From an uncultured Bacilli bacterium (GTDB taxonomy: Bacteria; Bacillota_I; Bacilli_A; RF39; UBA660): a stretch of 45,123 nt of DNA. The translations under genes and the position numbers were made by a program. Shown piece after piece: positions 38,441-44,687 of the stretch. The DNA is taken from NCBI GenBank assembly GCA_910578745.1, contig CAJTSN010000004.1, forward strand, positions 1 through 45,123, given 5' to 3'. Numbering within the stretch: the stretch's first letter is position 1; the number at the start of each line of letters is the position of its first letter. Under the pieces are notes generated by a model. It was given only the letters and a program-made list of their open reading frames with translations. It had not been told where the DNA came from and did not search any database.

Positions 38441-38947
38441 ATGAAAAAACGAAATGAAAGAGGATTGACGTTGGTTGAATTAATGGCTGTTATTGCAGTA
38501 TTAGCAGTTCTAGCCGTAATTGTCACACCAAATATTATAGGTGCTATAAAAAAGGCACGTAGTGGGTCAGAGGATGCACAAATTGATACAATTTTATCTG
38601 CCGCTAAAAATTGGACGGCTGATGAATTAGATAAAAAACATTGTTTATTATGTATACCAGATGAATCACAAGTACGAAATGAAGAATATTGTAATATGTA
38701 CGGTGGAGAGGGATGCTTAGACTTATCTGTTTGTTTAACTACAGGAAATTCTGCATGTAGTGATAATCGTTATAGTGAAAAGACTAGAAATGTAACGATA
38801 GGGGAGCTACAAAATGGATATTTAGATGAAGATTTGAAAAATCCAAAGACAGATCAATATTATAATGTAGATAGCTATGTACAAATTACTTTAAATGCTT
38901 CTACACAACAATACGAATATGAATTTGTAGATATTGAAAATGAATAA
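38441..38947 (+). CDS. Type IV pilin / pseudopilin-like protein with a prepilin-type N-terminal cleavage-methylation motif
   Basis: KRNERG-LTLVELMAVIAVLAVLAVIV, with a Glu five residues after the predicted cleavage site. Six Cys lie between aa 68 and 106. The start is 1 nt after the SDR stop. Confidence 0.8.
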   Translation: MKKRNERGLTLVELMAVIAVLAVLAVIVTPNIIGAIKKARSGSEDAQIDTILSAAKNWTADELDKKHCLLCIPDESQVRNEEYCNMYGGEGCLDLSVCLTTGNSACSDNRYSEKTRNVTIGELQNGYLDEDLKNPKTDQYYNVDSYVQITLNASTQQYEYEFVDIENE

Positions 38948-39301
38948 GATATATGTTATATTAGTAATGAGTATATAAAAATATAGTTTGGTGCTTAGAA
39001 ATGAAAAAGCCTTCTTCTTTTAATTTAGATTTTAATCAATTTTATATTGCTAAAATTTAGTGAATTTTGATATAATATAGTTGTTTTAAAAATTACTTTA
39101 TGGAGGATTCGTTAAATGGTATAATATTGGTCTTCAAAAATAAAATGTTTTGAAACGATTTGAATTGTTGTTATACCTTTAAATAATGGGAAAAGTTAGA
39201 ATTTCAGACCCTTTAAAAATTGAAATTTGTGCCAATTTTTGTGTCACTTTACTAAATTTAATATAATCAGAAAAAATTATGATGAAATTGCTAGAAAAAT
39301 G

Positions 39302-39325
39302 TGTTAAAATATTTGTGTCACAAAT
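39302..39325 (+). promoter_or_regulatory. Extended -10 promoter plus a 7-1-7 palindromic operator upstream of tRNA-Trp
   Basis: TG-n-TAAAAT at 39302-39310, immediately followed by ATTTGTG-T-CACAAAT at 39311-39325. Confidence 0.45.
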
Positions 39326-39333
39326 TTATTTAT

Positions 39334-39407
39334 AGGGGATTGGGGTAATGGTAGCCTAGGAGTCTCCAAAACTTTTGATAAGTGTTCGATTCACTTATCC
39401 CCTGCCA
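39334..39407 (+). tRNA. trnW: tRNA-Trp (anticodon CCA), 74 nt with an encoded CCA end
   Basis: Manual cloverleaf. Acceptor stem AGGGGAT/ATCCCCT. D arm GGGU-AAUGGUA-GCCU. Anticodon arm GGAGU-CUCCAAA-ACUUU. T arm AAGUG-UUCGAUU-CACUU. Discriminator G. The layout is parallel to B. subtilis tRNA-Trp as I remember it. Confidence 0.92.
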
Positions 39408-39455
39408 AATGCAAAAACCTACCAAACTGGTAGTAGATATAGATTTTAGGTGGTT
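39403..39455 (+). repeat. Direct repeat copy 1 (53 nt), starting in the last 5 nt of tRNA-Trp
   Basis: TGCCAAATGCAAAAACCTACCAAACTGGTAGTAGATATAGATTTTAGGTGGTT. Confidence 0.9.
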
Positions 39456-39460
39456 TAGCC

Positions 39461-39919
39461 GTGAGTAATATTGTTTTGAGCAAATATTTATTGTCAAAAA
39501 GTGAAGTAATTATATTATGGTTAAATAATTACGAATTTGGTGAATCTTTGATAGATGTAACGAATTGGACAAAATTTGCAATTATGGATGAATTTGCTCA
39601 AAGGTTAGTAATGTGTAATGAAAAAGAACCAGACGAATATTTTCGTTTTCGTTTACTTCTAAATGAATCTGAAGAAAATGCTATACGGGATTATTTATCA
39701 AAAAATAGATTTTTTGCATTAAAATATATATGTACGAGAAAAAGTTTCGAACCTTATACGCATTTATATCAATTATATCTTCAATATTTATCTTATGAAT
39801 TAAATGAAATTGAAAAAAGTATTTTATTAGATGGATATTTACATATGCTAGCGGATTTACAGGCTAATAATATAGGTCAAAAAAGGATAATGTTAGAAAG
39901 AAAACTAAATTTAAAATAA
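39461..39919 (+). CDS. Hypothetical protein (152 aa), no recognisable family
   Basis: GTG start 7 nt after the AGGTGG at the end of repeat copy 1. A terminator follows. Confidence 0.55.
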   Translation: MSNIVLSKYLLSKSEVIILWLNNYEFGESLIDVTNWTKFAIMDEFAQRLVMCNEKEPDEYFRFRLLLNESEENAIRDYLSKNRFFALKYICTRKSFEPYTHLYQLYLQYLSYELNEIEKSILLDGYLHMLADLQANNIGQKRIMLERKLNLK

Positions 39920-39926
39920 TAAGTGA

Positions 39927-39956
39927 AAACAAAAGAGTTGGGAAGCCCTTTTGTTT
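39927..39956 (+). terminator. Hairpin after the 39461 ORF
   Basis: AAACAAAAG...CTTTTGTTT 9-bp stem with an inner GGG-AAG-CCC pairing. The T-run is partly inside the stem. Confidence 0.5.
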
Positions 39957-39959
39957 GCG

Positions 39960-40013
39960 TGCCAAATGCAGAAACCTATCAAACTGGTAGTAGATATAGA
40001 TTTTTAGGAGGTT
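39960..40013 (+). repeat. Direct repeat copy 2 (54 nt)
   Basis: TGCCAAATGCAGAAACCTATCAAACTGGTAGTAGATATAGATTTTTAGGAGGTT. Three substitutions and one extra T relative to copy 1. Confidence 0.9.
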
Positions 40014-40015
40014 AC

Positions 40016-40462
40016 ATGAAGTCAGTAGTTCAGGAATGGTTGTCTAATGATAATATTAGTTGGAAACAACAAACCGTTGTATTATCTTCTTTAAGAGGCT
40101 GTGATGGTCAATCTAAATATGATTTATCAAAAAAATTAACGCGACAATTAAGAAGTGCAATTTTATATAATGCAGCTGCTAAGGATACCACTTTTATGAG
40201 AAATACAATGACATTAAAGGAAGTTAGAGATATGGCTGAAGATAGTGATAAATATCCAATTCATTATTATATGCATTCTTGTCATGCTTGCGAGATTATT
40301 GGTTTTAAGCATCCTGATGAAGAAATTCGAGAATGGTTTCATGAAGCTTATCTAATCATGGTTGATGCACTTCATTTAAAACCTGAAATGGAAGAAGAAT
40401 GTGATTTTAGATTAAGAGATGGAGTTAATACTCCATTTACTGAAATCGATGAAGCTAAGTAA
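40016..40462 (+). CDS. Hypothetical protein (148 aa), no recognisable family
   Basis: ATG 40016 follows the AGGAGG at the end of repeat copy 2. The track ORF start at 39923 reads through the terminator and repeat, and is discounted. Confidence 0.55.
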   Translation: MKSVVQEWLSNDNISWKQQTVVLSSLRGCDGQSKYDLSKKLTRQLRSAILYNAAAKDTTFMRNTMTLKEVRDMAEDSDKYPIHYYMHSCHACEIIGFKHPDEEIREWFHEAYLIMVDALHLKPEMEEECDFRLRDGVNTPFTEIDEAK

Positions 40463-40527
40463 ATATTTGGAAACTCGTTCAGTTTCCGTATCAGACAAAT
40501 GTTCACTTTTTGCAATTTATATACACT

Positions 40528-40550
40528 CTAGAGCTTAGCTCTAGTTTTTT
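40528..40550 (+). terminator. Intrinsic terminator
   Basis: CTAGAGC-TTA-GCTCTAG followed by T6. Confidence 0.7.
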
Positions 40551-40639
40551 GTACTCTAATTTTATATTGGATTTTGTAAATAACAGAGCTTTCAAAATAA
40601 AATAAGCAAGCAGTACGAATAATTTTTCATATCATTTGA

Positions 40640-40870
40640 TTATTTTTGAGGGACATATTCGATAATATCTTGCACATTACAATCTAATACTTTACATATT
40701 TGTGATAAAACGTGTAAATCTACTCTACTAATAGTCCCATTATAATACCCTTGTATTGTTTCGAAACGAAGACCTGTTTTTACACATAGCTTATTTTTAG
40801 AAAAGTTTTTCTCTTGTAAAAGTGGACTTAATTTAAATATAATATTAGAGTTATCTTTTATTCTTTTCAT
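40640..40870 (-). CDS. XRE/Cro-CI family HTH transcriptional regulator (76 aa)
   Basis: LLQEKNFSKNKLCVKTGLRFETIQGYYNG HTH pattern. I prefer the internal ATG 40870 with a GGAAGTGAG SD. Confidence 0.8.
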   Translation of the reverse strand: MKRIKDNSNIIFKLSPLLQEKNFSKNKLCVKTGLRFETIQGYYNGTISRVDLHVLSQICKVLDCNVQDIIEYVPQK

Positions 40871-40886
40871 GTTCTCACTTCCTATA

Positions 40887-40917
40887 ATAAGAATAACATA
40901 GATATTATAGTTCTTAT
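40887..40917. promoter_or_regulatory. Inverted repeat bracketing the minus-strand -10 box of the XRE gene (candidate auto-operator)
   Basis: ATAAGAA (40887-40893) and TTCTTAT (40911-40917). The reverse complement of ATTATA at 40904-40909 is TATAAT. Confidence 0.4.
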
Positions 40918-41010
40918 ACCAAAGTATAGAGAAAAAATAATTTACTATAAAGTTAGGAAGGATTTGAGAGACATGTTTTCTTATAAAGGAGTGCAAATAA
41001 TAGAGGGAAA

Positions 41011-41154
41011 ATGAAAGCTAACCGTTTTGAAAAGGCTAGTTATGAAACCACCTTTATAGGGTTAGTGCAAGCTATGTCTTTTAGTCGTGGTTATGATTCT
41101 TTTCTTGAATTTATAGGTTTATTTCGTTCTTCCTTATTTTATCTAAACATGTGA
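41011..41154 (+). CDS. Possible 47-aa ORF divergent from the XRE gene
   Basis: ATG preceded by AGAGGGA. Translation MKANRFEKASYETTFIGLVQAMSFSRGYDSFLEFIGLFRSSLFYLNM. No homology recognised. Confidence 0.2.
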   Translation: MKANRFEKASYETTFIGLVQAMSFSRGYDSFLEFIGLFRSSLFYLNM

Positions 41155-41301
41155 TAATTATAAAATAGTTAAAGTAAAACTAAAAAAATTATATATTTTT
41201 ATAGATAAACTATTTTATTAAATCTTAATTCTAGAAAAGAATGTTTTTATTTATGAATAAAGATTATGTTTTTGATTTTGTAATACCATAGGGTGCAATG
41301 A

Positions 41302-41735
41302 GAAAAAGGTGAAATTGGTCCTACAGGTCCCAATTATATACCAGTTCCTTTAATTATTCAGACTGGTCAGGGGCTAAATATTATATGGATGGAGGAATAA
41401 TTGGGATTATTGAAGAATGTGCTTATAGAATCAATTATAATGTAGTTATTCAAATTCCAACGGCTTCATTAGACAATACTTTTAATGTCATTGCAGATGC
41501 TACGCTTAATCAAGTAGAAATTCCTAATTTTAAATCCAATTTAGAAATAAATAGTGATAATTATTATCATTTTAGTGGTGTAATTTATCGAAATCTTAAA
41601 TCAAATGATAGAGTCGGACTTATGGTTAAAGCTGATAAAGCAGCACCATTTACATGTTCAAACGTGTTTTTAACGGTTGAAAAAATATGCGACGAACCGT
41701 TAGTTACTATAAGATATTCATCTGATGAATCATGA
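41302..41735 (+). pseudogene. Remnant of a collagen-like (G-x-y) protein with a BclA/C1q-TNF-like C-terminal domain, 5'-truncated and frameshifted
   Basis: One frame reads EKGEIGPTGPNYIPVPLIIQTGQGLNIIWMEE-stop (41302-41400). The 116-aa ORF 41385-41735 continues in another frame and ends in NVFLTVEKI, similar to the BclA tail. Confidence 0.35.
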
Positions 41736-41962
41736 ATTATGCTGTAGCAATAAAAAACGGTATCACTTTGAAATATTTTTTAACGAATAAAAAAAGAGTA
41801 TAATGAAGTTGACAAGATGTAAGAAAAGATGTAGTAAGACAATATTTAAAAGTGAAAGTGAGGTAAAGCGATATATTGATATTTGGTGTTAGGATAGATA
41901 TATAGACACGAAAATCTTGAGTAATGGTATACTAGAAATACCTATGAAGGGAGAAAGTGTCT

Positions 41963-42235
41963 ATGAAAAAAGAACATAAAAATTATGATGAAGATTTTAA
42001 AAAAACAATTGTCAGCTTATGTGAGTCTGGAAAAAAGAAATCGGATTTAGTAAGAGAATATGGCATATCTTACACGAACATTAGTGACTGGATTAAGAAG
42101 TATGGAACGATTACTACTTCAACAGGCGAAGTAACTACTAATGATGAAATTTTAAAACTTAAAAAGAGAAATATGGAGTTAGAACAAGAGGTGGAAATAC
42201 TAAAAAAAGCAGTTGCCATATTCTCAAAGAAATAA
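41963..42235 (+). CDS. IS3-family transposase OrfA (HTH)
   Basis: YDEDFKKTIVSLCESGKKKSDLVREYGISYTNISDWIKKY, followed by a leucine-zipper-like end. Confidence 0.88.
   Translation: MKKEHKNYDEDFKKTIVSLCESGKKKSDLVREYGISYTNISDWIKKYGTITTSTGEVTTNDEILKLKKRNMELEQEVEILKKAVAIFSKK
42202..42208 (+). other. Programmed -1 frameshift slippery site A AAA AAA (followed by G)
   Basis: The A7G run lies in the orfA/orfB overlap, and the -1 frame is open from this point into orfB. Confidence 0.65.
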
Positions 42236-42270
42236 AAGACAAAGTTCGATTTATAAATGAACATAAGGAT

Positions 42271-43119
42271 GTGTATGATATCCGGTTAATGTGTAGATGT
42301 TTGAATATTCATCATTCTGTTTATTACTATCATTGCAATCATAATACGAATAGCTATGAGGAAGCGAACAAGCAATTAGATGAGCAGATTAAGAAAATAT
42401 TTGAGGATTCCAAAAGGAGATATGGTTCTCCAAAGATCACTAAAGTGTTGATAGAACAAGGCATGCATGTAAGTCAAAAAAGAGTTGCAAGAAGAATGAA
42501 AGTATTGGGACTTAGAAGCATTACAGTTAAGAAATTTAATCATTCTGGAAAAACTAAAACGGATGATAAGAAAGAATATCCTAATCTTTTGGAGCAAAAC
42601 TTTTTTGCAGAAAAGCCAAGTCAAAAATGGGTTGGAGATATTACTTATATTTATACCATAGAGACTGGTTGGACTTACTTAGCAATTGTAATGGATCTGT
42701 TTGATTTAAAAGTTGTTGGATGGAGCTATGGTCTTAATATGACTGATGAACTTGTAATTGATGCATTCAATAAGGCTTTAGTGAATCGTGGATTAGAAAA
42801 GAATGGAATATTCCATTCTGATAGAGGAAGTCAATATACATCTAATGATTATGAAGCATTGTTAAGTGCACTAGAAATCAAGCACTCTTATAGTAAAAAA
42901 GGATACCCATATGACAACGCAAGTATGGAGAGCTTCAATGCCATATTGAAAAAAAAAGAAGTGAATGTTAATACATATAAAACATTCGACGAAGCTAAAT
43001 TGGTAATATTTGAGTTTATAGAGAGTTGGTATAATAATAAGCGCATCCATGGAACTTGGGGTTATATCACTCCAAACCAAAAATATCATAATTATGTTGC
43101 TAATTTAGCAATGGCTTAA
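42271..43119 (+). CDS. IS3-family transposase OrfB (DDE/rve catalytic domain), expressed as an OrfAB fusion
   Basis: WVGDITYI, HSDRGSQYTS and YPYDNASMESFN motifs. It lies in the -1 frame relative to orfA. Confidence 0.9.
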   Translation: MYDIRLMCRCLNIHHSVYYYHCNHNTNSYEEANKQLDEQIKKIFEDSKRRYGSPKITKVLIEQGMHVSQKRVARRMKVLGLRSITVKKFNHSGKTKTDDKKEYPNLLEQNFFAEKPSQKWVGDITYIYTIETGWTYLAIVMDLFDLKVVGWSYGLNMTDELVIDAFNKALVNRGLEKNGIFHSDRGSQYTSNDYEALLSALEIKHSYSKKGYPYDNASMESFNAILKKKEVNVNTYKTFDEAKLVIFEFIESWYNNKRIHGTWGYITPNQKYHNYVANLAMA

Positions 43120-43169
43120 TTTTAAATTACTAAAGAAATTCGTGTCTAAATACTTGACTTAAATCCATA

Positions 43170-43577
43170 ATGGATTATTTAAAACAAGCAAATGAGGCAG
43201 TTAATAGGGTTGCTAAAAGTGAAGGATTATATAAAGAATTAGAAAAAGAGATTAAACACTATAAAGTATTATTAGCAGTTAATGATGAGAAAGATGCTCA
43301 GATAACTTATTTAAACAATAAAATTGAAAAATTGGAGCATGATAATACTTCATTTAAAAATTTTATTCTTCAATTATTACAAGCATTAAAAGAGATTTTT
43401 AGAAATATTTTATTGTTTGGAAAGGATAAAGAGAAAGATATAGTTATAACTCAAATTAAAGATTGTTATGATAACAACTTATATAATGAAAAGGATATTT
43501 CATATATCACTAATGGTACATCTAAAGAAAAAGAAATGAATTTGTATTTAGAAGAAAAGGACTACGAAATTTTTTAA
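43170..43577 (+). CDS. Hypothetical coiled-coil protein (135 aa)
   Basis: The ATG lies 2 nt after the IS right end. K/E/L-rich heptads. Function unknown. Confidence 0.45.
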   Translation: MDYLKQANEAVNRVAKSEGLYKELEKEIKHYKVLLAVNDEKDAQITYLNNKIEKLEHDNTSFKNFILQLLQALKEIFRNILLFGKDKEKDIVITQIKDCYDNNLYNEKDISYITNGTSKEKEMNLYLEEKDYEIF

Positions 43578-43721
43578 TTCGTAAGCCGTAAAATACTAAA
43601 TGGTGTCAATTTAGTAAACACACTTGCACATTGACATAATCAATGAGCGTGTGTAGTAAAATTTATCGGATTAAAATGACAAAAATCATGTTATAATAAT
43701 AAATTAAAGGAGATGATATTC

Positions 43722-44660
43722 ATGACAACTGATGAATTAAATAATTATATTAATGCTTTATTAAACAAATCAGAAGAAGCATATTTAATGTCAATCGAAA
43801 TAATAAATAAACCAACTATCAACTATAGAACTGAAGGTTTTTGCTTCTTTATATGTAATGCGTGGGAGTTATTATTAAAGGCATATTTAATTAATAAAGC
43901 TAAAGATATAAATGTTATTAATTATAAAGATGATTCAAATAGAACAATTGGATTAGATGAGTGTGTAGAAAAAGTGTTTACAAGTACAACAGATAAAACA
44001 AAAAATAATATTTCTTTTATTAGAAATATAAGAAATAAAGCGACTCATTTAATTTTACCAGAATATGATTATATATTATCTCCTGCTTTTCAAAGATGTT
44101 TAACAAACTATAATAAGTTTTTCAAAAAACATTTTACAGAATATAACTTAAATGAAAAGGTTACACCATATATCGCATTAGTTAATCCGGGAAATGATAA
44201 AGATGTTTCTTCTTTAATATTAAATCCTAATAATTTACTTATGCTAGAAAAAATTAAAAAGGAATTAGATTCAGATGAATCACTAAGTCAAACTTTAAGG
44301 TTAGTTTCTACTAAAAAAGAAGCAGAAGCTGATATTAAATTTACAATTGTAAAAGATGGTGGCGAACAAGCAACTATAATTAATGTTCCAAAAGATATTG
44401 AAAAAACTCACCCTTATACAACAAATGATGTTGTAAAGAAAATAAAAGAAACGTTAGAATTATCACTTGGACCGAATCATGGTTTTACACCAAATAAATT
44501 TCAAGATATTTGTAAACGAAAAGGAATTAAAAATAATCAAGATTATTGTTACCAATTCTCATATTCAAAAAACACAATTAACAAATATAGTGATATAACA
44601 ATTGAATATGTAAGTCAAGTTTACATTGATGAATACAAAAGTAATAAAAAATGTGAATAA
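43722..44660 (+). CDS. DUF3644-like domain protein
   Basis: N-terminal SEEAYLMSIEIINKPTINYRTEGFCFFICNAWELLLKAYL resembles the DUF3644 signature (AWELLLKA). ATG 43722 has proper spacing from the AAAGGAG SD. Confidence 0.6.
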   Translation: MTTDELNNYINALLNKSEEAYLMSIEIINKPTINYRTEGFCFFICNAWELLLKAYLINKAKDINVINYKDDSNRTIGLDECVEKVFTSTTDKTKNNISFIRNIRNKATHLILPEYDYILSPAFQRCLTNYNKFFKKHFTEYNLNEKVTPYIALVNPGNDKDVSSLILNPNNLLMLEKIKKELDSDESLSQTLRLVSTKKEAEADIKFTIVKDGGEQATIINVPKDIEKTHPYTTNDVVKKIKETLELSLGPNHGFTPNKFQDICKRKGIKNNQDYCYQFSYSKNTINKYSDITIEYVSQVYIDEYKSNKKCE

Positions 44661-44672
44661 TTTTTATATTTG

Positions 44673-44681
44673 TGCTATAAT
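44673..44681 (+). promoter_or_regulatory. Extended -10 promoter (TGCTATAAT)
   Basis: TG-n-TATAAT located about 10 nt before the candidate sRNA helix. Confidence 0.5.
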
Positions 44682-44687
44682 ATATTT

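Larger units (their letters stand above)
41884..43167 (+). mobile_element. IS3-family insertion sequence (1284 bp)
   Basis: Imperfect terminal inverted repeats, 31 of 42 positions matching (TGGTGTTAGG...TAGACACGAA... versus the reverse complement of ...TTCGTGTCTA...AATCCA), with TG...CA ends. OrfA and OrfB lie in 0/-1 frames. Confidence 0.85.

Noticed and set aside
39001-39060. 19-codon ORF MKKPSSFNLDFNQFYIAKI downstream of the pilin gene
   Set aside because: It has no convincing SD, lies in very AT-rich spacer where short ORFs arise by chance, and has no supporting terminator or promoter.
39927-39965. A second tRNA or tRNA fragment in front of repeat copy 2 (hairpin followed by TGCCA)
   Set aside because: There is only one hairpin. 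No D arm, anticodon arm or T arm and no UUCGA loop is present. It is better described as a terminator hairpin followed by the repeat.
41803-41892. Small ORF MKLTRCKKRCSKTIFKSESEVKRYIDIWC running into the left end of the IS
   Set aside because: Its ATG overlaps a TATAAT box and has no SD. The reading frame is only closed by IS sequence. The region is more likely a promoter and leader than a coding gene.
41881-43170. Target-site duplication flanking the IS3 element
   Set aside because: The flanks read ATT and TAA (or TATT and TAAT). No 3-4 bp direct repeat could be found at the ends as defined, so none is reported.
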